NCBI GenBank assembly: GCA_020724885.1
Contig: DYGD01000002.1
Coordinates: 3,038 to 67,037, forward strand
DNA from: Candidatus Paceibacter sp.
Lineage (GTDB): Bacteria > Patescibacteriota > Minisyncoccia > Phycocordibacterales > BOKC01
Length of the DNA: 64,000 nt
Direction: 5' to 3'
Shown: one piece after another, positions 1 to 9,932 of the stretch
How the letters are laid out: every line of letters begins with the position of its first letter
How positions within the stretch are numbered: position 1 is the stretch's first letter
Made by a program: the position numbers and the translations under genes
The notes under the pieces: model-generated
The model's input: only the letters and a program-made list of their open reading frames with translations
What the model was told of the DNA's origin: nothing
Database searches by the model: none

Positions 1-1164
1 TCCCCGATAAGAACAATTAATTCTCTGTGTCGCCACGGAGGTCGGACTATATCATTACCTCACTTTGAACTGTCGCAAAGAATACACTCTCGCAGGCGCC
101 TCATAAGACTCAATGGGTTGTTTGAGAAGCGCTTGCTTTTCAATAGAGGGCCAGAATTTAGACGTGTGCGTTATTTGCACACCGTCTATAAATCCGACAC
201 ACTCGTGAAATCTGCGTATATCTTTCTCGGTTTCTATTTTTACTTTGCCATCCCTTGTCACATTCCGAGCTGTGATGCCCAAAACGCGCAAAAGTTCGGC
301 ATATTCTTTCCGCAGCTGCGGATGTGCACACGCAAGGTACACGCCGCGAATCACCCATTGGGTACCGCCATTCGTGCCTTTACGTCGCGCAACGTAGAGA
401 TTCACTCCTCCGTCGCAACTGAATGCTGCTTTCAGGAAATCTGACGCAACGTCGTGTTGCAGAAGTTCCTGAATCGGCAGATGAGCATCGGTGTGCTCGC
501 CGTTGCGACGCAAAGTCCGGAATGTCCCGAACCTTTTTGTGAATGCGTCTCTCGCTTCTTTAGAATTGACGATTGCGCGATAAAGTCCGTCGCTGGTTTT
601 GCCAAGACGAACGCGAGACGCCGGCAGTGCGAAACACTGCATCATGCATTCTCGGAATATCGCGACGAGTCGCTCCGATTTATTGCTGAAGTAGAACCGC
701 CAACTGCTTTTGCCTTTCGGTGAAAGACAGCCATCGGTATATAGAAGCCCGATTAATATTGCTGTTGCTTGATTCATTGTGAGGTATTCGGCGTATAGTC
801 TCTGAGGATCCTCTTATATGCTAGATAATGTGGGGAACCGGTGTTCCCCAAAAGGTCAGGTTCGGGGCTGATTGATTTTACAGCTACCCCGCAACGTCGG
901 TGAGGTGATCAACCCCTCACACATGGTCATCCCATAGCGCGATGCCCGCACGCCTTGCCATTTCGCTCTGCAGGAGCTACTTTGACTTTTTTACGAACCC
1001 GACCATTATCTAACACACAAAAGTTTCCTGCTGATTGTCCGCACCTGTAACATTTTCACTAACATAATAATTATATCATGTTTAGTAGTTCAGGATTCTC
1101 GGATGTTCCAGCATATAGCCGAATTTACACTCTGATGTCGCCATCAGAGGGGACCAGATGCTTG
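1..1164 (-). mobile_element. Group I intron in 16S rRNA at E. coli-equivalent site S788 (3' end runs off the window)
   Basis: The 16S exon stops at ...CGAACGGGAT (1165) and the expected TAGATACCC does not follow. Group I core motifs are on the minus strand: CTCAGAGACTATACG (~793-807) and GATATAGTCCGAC (~41-53), flanking the endonuclease ORF. Confidence 0.88.
55..777 (-). CDS. Intron-encoded double-motif LAGLIDADG homing endonuclease
   Basis: Motifs ILIGLLYTDGCL and FLKAAFSCDGGV; lies between the two P7 strands of the intron. Confidence 0.85.
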   Translation of the reverse strand: MNQATAILIGLLYTDGCLSPKGKSSWRFYFSNKSERLVAIFRECMMQCFALPASRVRLGKTSDGLYRAIVNSKEARDAFTKRFGTFRTLRRNGEHTDAHLPIQELLQHDVASDFLKAAFSCDGGVNLYVARRKGTNGGTQWVIRGVYLACAHPQLRKEYAELLRVLGITARNVTRDGKVKIETEKDIRRFHECVGFIDGVQITHTSKFWPSIEKQALLKQPIESYEAPARVYSLRQFKVR

Positions 1165-1903
1165 ATCCCGTTCGCTACCCACGCTTTCGTGTCTCAGCGT
1201 CAGGAATGCGCCAGTGTACTGCCTTCGCATTTGGTGTTCCCCTAGATATCAACGGATTTCACCCCTACACCTAGAGTTCCGTACACCTCTCGCACCCTCT
1301 AGTCCTGCCGTTTCTCCCGCGCATCTTCGGTTAAGCCGAAGGATTTTACAGGAGACTAACAGAACCGCCTACACACCCTTTACGCCCAATAATTCCGGAT
1401 AACGCTTGGGGCCTCTGTATTACCGCTACTGCTGGCACAGAGTTAGTAGCCCCTTATTCTTCGGGTACTATCAATAAACTTTCTCCCCGACAAAAGGTTT
1501 TTACGTCCCTAAGGACTTCATCAACCACGCGGCGTCGCTCCGTCAGGCTTTCGCCCATTGCGGAAGATTCTCGACTGCGGCCTCCCGTAGGAGTATGGTC
1601 CGTGTCTCAGTACCATCGGTGGGGGTCAGGCTCTCACCTCCCCTAGCCGTCATCGCCTTGGTAGGCCGTTACCCTACCAACTAGCTGATAGCCCGCAGGC
1701 CGCTCCCATAGCGTTCGAAAACTTTGGTATTGCTACAACATCGGGGATTACCCCGCCTTTCGGCGAGCTATACCCGACTATGGGGTGCGTACCTACGTGT
1801 TACTACCTCGTCTGCCGGTTGCCCGTTACCGGGCCCCCTTGACTTGCATGCCTTATCCACGCCGCCAGCGTTCATCCTGAGCTAGGATCAAACTCTTAAT
1901 GAA
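1165..1903 (-). rRNA. rrs: 16S rRNA, 5' exon (to position ~788)
   Basis: The minus strand has AGAGTTTGATCCTAGCTCAGG, ACTCCTACGGGAGGCCGCAG and GTGCCAGCAGTAGCGGTAATAC (CPR-like primer-site variants). The 5' end is approximate. Confidence 0.97.
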
Positions 1904-2189
1904 AATGTTAGAAATTTCCGAAGGAAATTTATTTACATTTTCTTGACCCGCTTAAGTTTTCACGAAGTGAAAATTTTGGCGGGTAATATGTCCACCAAAC
2001 TTTTTGTTTGCACAAAAACTTAGGCGGACAAGAACGGAACAAAACAAAGGATAACATTACCGCGCTTGCGCGCGGAATTTTTAATTCCCAATTCCTAATT
2101 TCTAAATTTGTTCCTAGCTTTTTTGGAATTTTTTTGACTAAACTTGCACTTATTTTTTGAATACATTCTCTATTTTTTGAACATTTCAA

Positions 2190-2337
2190 ATTGTCAAAGA
2201 ACACATCCGGTAGTGAGTTTTGGCATCAGTTGAGCGAAGCTCAACTATGTGCTAAAGCACAATGCCAAAATCTACTAACCGGACACACCCTCTTTAAAGA
2301 GGTGGTACTAGTATAGACGAAAGGAAATTTGTGTCAA
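2190..2337 (-). promoter_or_regulatory. Dedicated 16S promoter and boxA-like element
   Basis: TTGACA-16nt-TATACT (2337-2310), followed by TGTTCTTTGACAA (~2203-2191). Confidence 0.75.
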
Positions 2338-2433
2338 CCCCGACCGTGCCGCAAGGCGGCACGGCAAACTCTAAATTCTAATCTCTAAACTCTAAACAAG
2401 TTCAAAGCTCAAAATTCAAAAAGAAAAAACCGC

Positions 2434-2610
2434 CTAGTTCGGAAGCTGGCGGTCGGGGTCGGAGGTATTTCCACATTCGAGACATCGGTCGGTAATTCCT
2501 CGCAGGTCGTAGCCGCAGGTGAGACAATGGCCAAGCTCTCTCCGACGTACCGTTTGCTAACGTTCTAATTCGAATGAGCAGACCAACGTGACTAAGAGTG
2601 TCGGAAACCC
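2434..2610 (-). pseudogene. Gene fragment encoding a C-terminal zinc ribbon (CxxCGYDLRG...RCxECG)
   Basis: Manual translation gives GFPTLLVTLVCSFELER*QTVRRRELGHCLTCGYDLRGITDRCLECGNTSDPDRQLPN*; internal TAG at 2557-2559 and no convincing start. Confidence 0.6.
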
Positions 2611-2692
2611 TTAGATTGAAATAAGGACTTGCGATGTCGTTAATTTAGTAAATTAGTAAAAAATATATCAACACTCTTACGACTCAAGATCC

Positions 2693-2816
2693 AAATGACG
2701 GAGATCGCACCTCCGTCATTTTATAAAATTTAGAAAAGATCTTTCCCCGAAAGCACTTTTTCGCTTTTAGCGAAAAATGCTCGGGCAAGCAATTTTTGCT
2801 ATGCAAAAATTGCTTT
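2693..2816. repeat. Cluster of three short palindromes
   Basis: AAATGACGGAG..CTCCGTCATTT; GCACTTTTTCGCT..AGCGAAAAATGC; AAGCAATTTTTGC..GCAAAAATTGCTT. Confidence 0.6.
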
Positions 2817-2826
2817 AGCCTAAACC

Positions 2827-3729
2827 CTAGTGGCTAGCTTTCTTCCCCATCACCACCAGAAGCGGGCTGGCCAAGAAAATAGAAGAATAAGTTCCGGCAA
2901 TAACGCCAACCATCAAAACCAGGGCAAAATTCCTGGTTACTTCGCCACCAATAAAATAAAGCATCACTAGAACCAGAAAAGTGGTTAGAGAGGTGTTTAT
3001 GGACCTAACGAATGTCTGACCCAAGCTCCGGCCAACTGTTTCCCCAAAATTCTCTTTTGTATGAAGTTCTTGATTTTTTCTTAAATTTTCCCTAACCCTA
3101 TCAAAAACAATAATCGTATCATTGATAGAATAGCCCAAGATTGCCAAAAGCGCCATAACAAACAAGGCGTCAACTTCAGCGCCAATCAAAAACCCCATGA
3201 CTGCAAATATCCCGACCGGAATTATTATATCGTGAGCCAGAGCCAAAATCGCCACCAGACCGTAAATCCAAGAAGAAACAGGTTTGGAAACCGTTCTAAA
3301 AGAAAACGCGATAAAGAGGATTATAGCGATCAACGACAACCCTATGGCAATCCATGCCTTTTTTTTCAACTCCTCGCCGACAATCGGACCGACAAAGTTA
3401 AATCTCTCCTCAACCGCCTCAAACCTACCACCCAAAGACATCGCTTCAAGCAAAACTTCTTTGCCCTTTTCGTCAATCGGAGGAGTTCTCAGGATAAAAC
3501 TTCCATGATCGGAAGACCTCAAGCTGAATTCTCCGATATTCCGTTCCCTTAAAGCCAACCTCAACTCATCAAAACTCGGTGTCTCGCCAACAAAACTTAC
3601 TTCCAATAAAGACCCGCCTCGGAAATCAATTCCAAAATTAAGCCCAAAGTAGATGACAGAAAAGACAGAGGCCAGAACAGCAATCATCGAAATCAAGAAG
3701 AATATTTTTTTGTATTTTATGACAAACAT
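2827..3729 (-). CDS. secF: Protein translocase subunit SecF
   Basis: GIDFRGG, GYSINDTIIVFDRVRE and GTYSSIFLA motifs; ATG at 3729 chosen as start. Confidence 0.95.
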   Translation of the reverse strand: MFVIKYKKIFFLISMIAVLASVFSVIYFGLNFGIDFRGGSLLEVSFVGETPSFDELRLALRERNIGEFSLRSSDHGSFILRTPPIDEKGKEVLLEAMSLGGRFEAVEERFNFVGPIVGEELKKKAWIAIGLSLIAIILFIAFSFRTVSKPVSSWIYGLVAILALAHDIIIPVGIFAVMGFLIGAEVDALFVMALLAILGYSINDTIIVFDRVRENLRKNQELHTKENFGETVGRSLGQTFVRSINTSLTTFLVLVMLYFIGGEVTRNFALVLMVGVIAGTYSSIFLASPLLVVMGKKASH

Positions 3730-3733
3730 ATTT

Positions 3734-5017
3734 TTACATCCTAGGCCCGCTACCAAACAAAAAATTTCCTTTTGTTTTTTCGCTTACAACTGAAAGCAGA
3801 AAAGTCCTAGTTACAAGAATGGCTGAAAGCATACTTACTAAAACCCCGATTCCAAAAATCAAAGCGAATCCCTTAATCAGTGAACTGCCAAACCAAAAAA
3901 GAATAATAGCGATAATAACGCTAGAAATATTGCTGTCACGAATTGAAAACCACGCCCTCTTGAATCCTGATTTGATTGAATCACCCAAATTTTTGCCGGC
4001 TTTTAATTCCTCCTTCATCCTCTCGAATATTAAAATGTTTGCGTCAACCGCCATGCCAATGGAAAGAATAAAACCGGCGATACCGGCCGCCGTTATAGTA
4101 ACCGGAATAAACTTAAACAAAGCCAGCATTACTAAAACATAGACAGACAAAGCCAAAATAGCCAAAACTCCAGGTAAGCGATACCAAAAAATGAGAAACG
4201 CGACGACCAAAACAAATCCCCAAAAAGCCGCCTGGACACCGTCTTGGAGGATTTTTTCTCCAAGCGATGGTCCGACACTTTGAGTTGAAACAAGCTCAAT
4301 CGGCACCGGCAAAGCCCCAAAATTCAAATCCCTGACTAATTCCCTAGCTTCTATCGGCGTAAAACCGCCAGAAATTTGGGCTCGCCCATCTCTAATTTCT
4401 TCCCTGATAACTGGCGCTGAAATCACCTCCCCATCAAGGAAAATCGCCAGAATCCGTCCCACATTTTCTTTCGTAATTTTGGAGAACAATTCTCTCCCCT
4501 CCGGATTAAAGGACAGAAGTACCACAGGATCATTTTTGACTTGATCAAAATCCAGAGTTGATCTTTCTAAAAGCCGACCCGTCAAACCGGTATCTTCAAA
4601 GATAATTTCTCCCGAATCCTCCAGGGTGCCCACCGGCGCTAGTTTAAATTCCAGAAGCGGGGTCCTACCGATCATCGCTACCGCTTCTTTTAAGTCAGTA
4701 ACCCCGGGTAATTCCACGATTAATCTCTCGGACTCGCCAACCAAACCACCACTTTCAACTTGGACTATTGGTTCCGAAACACCGAAAATGTTCACCCGCC
4801 GCTCAATTACCTCACGCAAAGAATTCATGGCCCCAGAAATCTCACCTCTTTCCAAACCAGTAGTATCCGCCTCAAAAACCAAATGACTGCCACCGCTAAG
4901 ATCCAAACCATATCTGAAAGGAAATTGAGAATGTTCTGTCTCTGTGCGCTGCACAAAAAGCAGAATTATAACTGCCAAAATTACAATAAAAACCGCTGAG
5001 ATTCGGTACTTCAACAT
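3734..5017 (-). CDS. secD: Protein translocase subunit SecD
   Basis: GLDLSGG, VIERRVN and GMAVDANILIFERMKEE motifs. Confidence 0.95.
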   Translation of the reverse strand: MLKYRISAVFIVILAVIILLFVQRTETEHSQFPFRYGLDLSGGSHLVFEADTTGLERGEISGAMNSLREVIERRVNIFGVSEPIVQVESGGLVGESERLIVELPGVTDLKEAVAMIGRTPLLEFKLAPVGTLEDSGEIIFEDTGLTGRLLERSTLDFDQVKNDPVVLLSFNPEGRELFSKITKENVGRILAIFLDGEVISAPVIREEIRDGRAQISGGFTPIEARELVRDLNFGALPVPIELVSTQSVGPSLGEKILQDGVQAAFWGFVLVVAFLIFWYRLPGVLAILALSVYVLVMLALFKFIPVTITAAGIAGFILSIGMAVDANILIFERMKEELKAGKNLGDSIKSGFKRAWFSIRDSNISSVIIAIILFWFGSSLIKGFALIFGIGVLVSMLSAILVTRTFLLSVVSEKTKGNFLFGSGPRM

Positions 5018-5069
5018 AAAGTTAGAGGTACTTATAGCATAACCGAGATTAAATCACAAATTTTTTTAA

Positions 5070-5969
5070 TTACAAATACGCCCTCTTCAGCTCTTCAATC
5101 GCTTCCTCCATCTTAACTTCTGGAGACCAGCCCAAAAGCTCAAACGCCCTGGAATTGTCGGCCAAGGTATCATGCGGTTCAAGTCTGGGTGGAATATATT
5201 CCGTCGGTCCACCAATAAACTCAGCAATCTTATTTATAGAAAAATTTCTACCCGACCCAATATTCAAAACTTCTCCTTGTCCGACCTTTTGACTTTCCAC
5301 GGCTAAGAGGTTAGCTCTGACAACATCATTTACATGGGTAAAATCTCTAGTTTGAGTGCCATCACCGGTAATTGTCATAGGTTTGCCTTCTTGACGCTGT
5401 TTCAAAAACCTCGCGATAACTAAAGCGTAGGCGCCCTCTAAACTAGCCCTAGTACCATAGACGTTAAAATATCTTAAAGAAACGGTCTGCAGACCATAAA
5501 CTGAACTCCAGAGCTGACAATAAAGCTCACCTACATATTTTTGCAAACCATAAGGGCTTTTGGGGCTCGCCGACATTTCTTCCTTGAGTGGCATCACCGG
5601 CTGATCGCCGTAAACCGAACTGGAAGCGGAATACACAAACCTCTCCACTCCAGCATCTTTTGAAGCTACCAGGACATTTAAAGTCCCGCCAGCATTTACC
5701 TCGTTTGTCTCCACCGGGTTTTCGATTGAGTATTGAACCCTTGGTCGAGCCGCTAGGTGAAAAACATATTTAGCGCCAACAAAAATGGACCTGATTGATT
5801 CTAAATCGCGAATATCCAATTTATGAAAGATGGCCTTAGGATTCAAATTTTCTTTTTTACCGCCAGAAAGGTCATCAATGACATTAACTTCAAATCCCCT
5901 ATCTATAAGAGCATCCACTAAATGAGAACCGATAAATCCGGCGCCGCCGGTAACCACTGCTTTCTTCAT
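5070..5969 (-). CDS. NAD-dependent nucleotide-sugar epimerase/dehydratase
   Basis: GGAGFIGS, YGLQK (YxxxK), LRYFNVYG and GTQTRDFTHV motifs. Confidence 0.92.
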   Translation of the reverse strand: MKKAVVTGGAGFIGSHLVDALIDRGFEVNVIDDLSGGKKENLNPKAIFHKLDIRDLESIRSIFVGAKYVFHLAARPRVQYSIENPVETNEVNAGGTLNVLVASKDAGVERFVYSASSSVYGDQPVMPLKEEMSASPKSPYGLQKYVGELYCQLWSSVYGLQTVSLRYFNVYGTRASLEGAYALVIARFLKQRQEGKPMTITGDGTQTRDFTHVNDVVRANLLAVESQKVGQGEVLNIGSGRNFSINKIAEFIGGPTEYIPPRLEPHDTLADNSRAFELLGWSPEVKMEEAIEELKRAYL

Positions 5970-5995
5970 TTTATTTTTTCTTTAATTAAAAAATT

Positions 5996-7321
5996 CTACA
6001 CGCCGTTCGTTATCACTAACGCCTTTAGTGTCTTGAGGCCGATTTTTAAATCAAGCATCAAAGACCGATTCTTGATGTAGTAGAGATCGTAGGAAAGCTT
6101 CGTTTTGGTCTCATCGTAGTTTGGGTCAAACTTCGGCGGATTACGTTGATACAGCTGGGCCCAGCCGGAAAGCCCGGGTTTTATAATATGACGGACATTA
6201 TAATAAGGGACTTTCTTCTCATAAAGTCCAGCAATCTCCGGAATCTCCGGTCTAGGACCTATTAGTGACAAATCACCCTTCAACACATTCCACAATTGGG
6301 GAAGTTCGTCAATTCTTGTCCGCCGTATTAATTTACCGACCATAGTGATTCTTTTGGGTTCTGCGACTGTCATTGACCTGAATTTTACAACCTTAAAAAT
6401 TTTATTGTTTCGACCAACCCTGTTCTGGACAAAAAATAAAGGTCCGCCATCATCCAGCTTGATAGCGATAAAAACAAACGGATAAAATATAAGCGAAAAT
6501 ATACCCAAGGGTAGCGTCGAAACTATATCTATCGTCCTCTTCAAAAAATCAAAAGTTGAGCTGTGGGTCTTTGATATATTTTCAAGAAACCAGTTGTATC
6601 TTAGGAGCGAAAGCGGCACCCGATCAAAAATATCTTCGTAAATTTTATGCATATCTATAAACCTGACTTTCGAAAAAATAAGATTGTAAAAATGGGACAG
6701 GATCGGCTCAACCTTCTCGCTTCTCAAATCAATCGCAATAACTGAAATCTCTTCGGAATAAATTGTCTTCAAAACCTCTTCTTTAAAATCTAAACCCTCA
6801 ATTTCATCCAAATCAACTGACGAAATAAATTGGATCCCATAACGATTATTACTGTTAACCTCTGACCTGAGCTCTTTCATCTCCTCGCCACTACCAACAA
6901 TCATCGCTTTCTGCCTCTTTTGCGGGGTGAAAAAATTCTGCCCCCTCACTCTCCAAAAAAGAATCATAAGAAAAGAAACCGCCAAGTAGATGAACAGGTT
7001 GGTCTTCGGAGTGATGCCAAAGTATGGTATGAAATAAAAGAAGACGATGGCAATTAGAGTATTGATGATTTGGGCATTCAGAATCATACTGGGAAGCCGA
7101 CTCTGGAAAATCAAAGTATGCTTCTCATACAAACCAGCAATAAAGAAAACCAGTAGCCAAACGGCAAAAAGTATGGAAAATGGCTCCAAGTGGTTTAATA
7201 ACAGCTCCCTATTAGGCAGGCCTTGAGACCGAATTAGAAGCATTAGCCAAAGAGAAACTAGGAATATAAAAAGATCCCCCGCGAATAGAAAAAAAGCGTC
7301 TCTTTTACCAAAAAAAGCCAT
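5996..7321 (-). CDS. Polyprenyl glycosylphosphotransferase (bacterial sugar transferase)
   Basis: N-terminal TM helices; KFRSM, RIDELPQLWNVLKGDLSLIGPRP and KPGLSGWAQ motifs. Confidence 0.92.
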   Translation of the reverse strand: MAFFGKRDAFFLFAGDLFIFLVSLWLMLLIRSQGLPNRELLLNHLEPFSILFAVWLLVFFIAGLYEKHTLIFQSRLPSMILNAQIINTLIAIVFFYFIPYFGITPKTNLFIYLAVSFLMILFWRVRGQNFFTPQKRQKAMIVGSGEEMKELRSEVNSNNRYGIQFISSVDLDEIEGLDFKEEVLKTIYSEEISVIAIDLRSEKVEPILSHFYNLIFSKVRFIDMHKIYEDIFDRVPLSLLRYNWFLENISKTHSSTFDFLKRTIDIVSTLPLGIFSLIFYPFVFIAIKLDDGGPLFFVQNRVGRNNKIFKVVKFRSMTVAEPKRITMVGKLIRRTRIDELPQLWNVLKGDLSLIGPRPEIPEIAGLYEKKVPYYNVRHIIKPGLSGWAQLYQRNPPKFDPNYDETKTKLSYDLYYIKNRSLMLDLKIGLKTLKALVITNGV

Positions 7322-7380
7322 ATATTTATAACTATAGTAGAAAAAAGCCCCGAATTGTCAAATATGCTAGGATAAAAGCA

Positions 7381-8574
7381 ATGGTGAACAAAAAAATCCT
7401 ATATATAATCACTAAAGCTGAACCATTCGGCGGCGCCCAGAGATATGTTTTTGATTTGGCAACTAATTTGCCAAAAGAACAATTTCAAGCGGTGGTAACT
7501 TTAGGAGAAGGCAAAACCTTAGAAGAAAAATTACAGAAAGAGGGGGTCAGAACAATCCACCTTAAAAACTCTCAAAGAAACATCAGCCCCCTCAAGGACT
7601 TTTTGCTCTTTTTTGAACTGCTGAAAATTTATAGACGAGAAAAGCCGGATGTTATCCACCTCAACAGCTCCAAAGTCGGTTTCCTCGGCTCCCTCGCCGC
7701 CCAAACTTATTCCCTATACCCTAAACCCCATACCCTAAACCCTAAAATAATTTTCACCGCTCATGGCTGGGCTTTCAACGACAGCCGATTTTTTTTGTCA
7801 AAAATATTCTGGAAATTTCTGCAGTGGCTAACCGTACTTTTAGCTGACCAAACAATCGCGGTTTCAGAAAAAACTAAAAATAATATGAACTGGTCTGGAG
7901 CGAGCGATAAAATCAAAGTTGTTTATAACGGTCTGCCCTCCTTGAATTTTTTGGAAAAAACAGAAGCGCGAATCGAGTTGTCTAAGAAAGACAGACGGTT
8001 AGAAAATATTCCGAAAGACAAAATCTGGATTGGAACAGTTTCCGAATTGCACAGAAACAAAGGCCTGGATTTAATGATTGAGGCATTATCAAAAATCAAA
8101 AACGAGAAGGCCAATTGGGTGTTTATAGTCTGTGGCGAAGGTGAAGAACGAGAGAAGTTAAACCAATTAATTCACCAAAAAGAAATGGGGAGCAAAATTT
8201 TTTTGGTCGGTTTGGTTAAAAATGCCGCCACCTATCTGAAAGCCCTTGATATTTTTACCCTGACTTCGCGAACGGAAGGCCTGCCTTATGCTCTCTTGGA
8301 GGCGGGAGCGGCCGGTCTACCGACAATTGCTTCCAACGTCGGTGGCATACCGGAAGTCATACAGCATGGTAAAAACGGGCTACTTTTTGAAAGAGAAGAT
8401 GTGGGCGAGCTAAAGAGGCAACTAGAAGACACCCTCGGAGATGAAGGAAGAGTGAGTCTTTTCGGAGCCAGTTTGCAAAAAAGTATAGCGGAGAAATTTT
8501 GTCTAGGTAATATGTTAAAATTAACAGAAAGTATTTATTGCTTTAAACACCCACAAAATGGAAGAGGAAAATAA
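7381..8574 (+). CDS. Glycosyltransferase family 4
   Basis: GGAQRY, HLNSSK and SRTEGLPYALLEA...SNVGGIPE motifs. Confidence 0.92.
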   Translation: MVNKKILYIITKAEPFGGAQRYVFDLATNLPKEQFQAVVTLGEGKTLEEKLQKEGVRTIHLKNSQRNISPLKDFLLFFELLKIYRREKPDVIHLNSSKVGFLGSLAAQTYSLYPKPHTLNPKIIFTAHGWAFNDSRFFLSKIFWKFLQWLTVLLADQTIAVSEKTKNNMNWSGASDKIKVVYNGLPSLNFLEKTEARIELSKKDRRLENIPKDKIWIGTVSELHRNKGLDLMIEALSKIKNEKANWVFIVCGEGEEREKLNQLIHQKEMGSKIFLVGLVKNAATYLKALDIFTLTSRTEGLPYALLEAGAAGLPTIASNVGGIPEVIQHGKNGLLFEREDVGELKRQLEDTLGDEGRVSLFGASLQKSIAEKFCLGNMLKLTESIYCFKHPQNGRGK

Positions 8575-8764
8575 AGTTGAATTCTTGGAAGAAGAGGAAA
8601 TAATAAACGAAAAAAGAGGAGTCAGAAAAGCGGCTAGCGCTATGGCTGCGTGGCTTATAAAAAAAAGGATTGCAAGGGATGAAAAGACGGCCAACAAAAT
8701 CTTAGTCGCGATAATAATCGCCGCTTTTTTACTAACCGGTTACATACTGATAAAACAATTCTAA
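8558..8764 (+). CDS. Small membrane protein, hypothetical
   Basis: 68 aa with a C-terminal TM helix; overlaps the upstream stop codon. Confidence 0.6.
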   Translation: MEEENKVEFLEEEEIINEKRGVRKAASAMAAWLIKKRIARDEKTANKILVAIIIAAFLLTGYILIKQF

Positions 8765-8786
8765 GATGAAACGATCTAACCAGAAG

Positions 8787-9929
8787 TTATATTAAAACTC
8801 CCTCCTGCTTCTCGTCTTTGTGAAAAGTGCCTCGGTATTTTCTCATACCCATCAATATGCCCAGCGCCGAAAATTCTGCCAAGAGATGAGAGCCACCATA
8901 GCTGGTAAAAGGTAAGGTAATACCGGTAATCGGTAAGAGCCCGACATTTATCCCGACATGAACAGCAAAATGACTGATAAACCAAAAAGTTACTCCGGCG
9001 CCAAAAAGTATTTCAAAATTTGAAGAGCCATAAATCGAATTGCTGATAATCCTCCAAACCAAGACCAAAAAAACGACAGAAAATATCAAGACACCAAACA
9101 AACCCCATTCTTCAGCAAAAGCCGCGAAAATAAAATCGGTTTGGTATTCCGGCAAAAAACGCAAACGCGACTGGGTACCGAAACCAATCCCCTTTCCGAA
9201 CCACTGGCCACTACCGACAGCAATCATGGATTGCAAAGAATGATAGCCGGCGCCTTGGATATCAGCCAGTGGATTAAGAAAAGCGCTTAATCTTTGCTTC
9301 TGATAATCCGCCAGAACAAACACCCACAAAAAAGCAAAAGACAGAACTCCGGCAGTTAAGACCCCAAGAATGTGCTTTTTTGATATTCCCGAGACCATTA
9401 CCATACCAAACCAAACCAAGAAAATAATGATTGAAGAACCAAAATCCGGCTGAAGAAAAATTAAAAGAAACAAAACAAAGGCATAAAGTCCGGAAACCAA
9501 GATGTGCTTAAAGTGGGCAATTTCAATATGCCTTTTGGAAAAAAATTTAGCTAATACAATCACCAGAGCAAGCTTGGCAAAATCAGTCGGCTGAAACGAA
9601 AAAAAACCGAGATCAATCCAGCGCTCAGAACCTTTTACCGTCATACCCAAGAAAGCTAGAGACACGAGTAGCAAAAAGGCGAAAGAAAATATTGATATCG
9701 CAACCACACTCCTTCTTAGAAACCTCCAATCAACCAAGCTAAAAACAAAAAAAACAAGCAACGAGGCAGAAAGCCAGATAATTTGTCTAAAAAAAAACGG
9801 GCTTTCTTCGGAAAAAGAATGCATCGTTACTAATCCAGCGACAGAGAGAAGGAGGGCGGACAAAAGCAAAATCCAATCAATATCAAAAAAACCCCTTATT
9901 TTTGTGTAGACCAAATTAAAGGTCTTCAT
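8787..9929 (-). CDS. rodA: Rod shape-determining protein RodA (SEDS family)
   Basis: FQPTDFAKL, QPDFGS, LPEYQTDFIF and TLPFTSYGGS motifs. Confidence 0.9.
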   Translation of the reverse strand: MKTFNLVYTKIRGFFDIDWILLLSALLLSVAGLVTMHSFSEESPFFFRQIIWLSASLLVFFVFSLVDWRFLRRSVVAISIFSFAFLLLVSLAFLGMTVKGSERWIDLGFFSFQPTDFAKLALVIVLAKFFSKRHIEIAHFKHILVSGLYAFVLFLLIFLQPDFGSSIIIFLVWFGMVMVSGISKKHILGVLTAGVLSFAFLWVFVLADYQKQRLSAFLNPLADIQGAGYHSLQSMIAVGSGQWFGKGIGFGTQSRLRFLPEYQTDFIFAAFAEEWGLFGVLIFSVVFLVLVWRIISNSIYGSSNFEILFGAGVTFWFISHFAVHVGINVGLLPITGITLPFTSYGGSHLLAEFSALGILMGMRKYRGTFHKDEKQEGVLI

Positions 9930-9932
9930 ATT

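Noticed and set aside
7712-7746. Plant-telomere-like CCCTAAA repeats suggesting contamination
   Set aside because: Only five degenerate units, in frame within a bacterial gene, and one of several heptamer tracts in the window.
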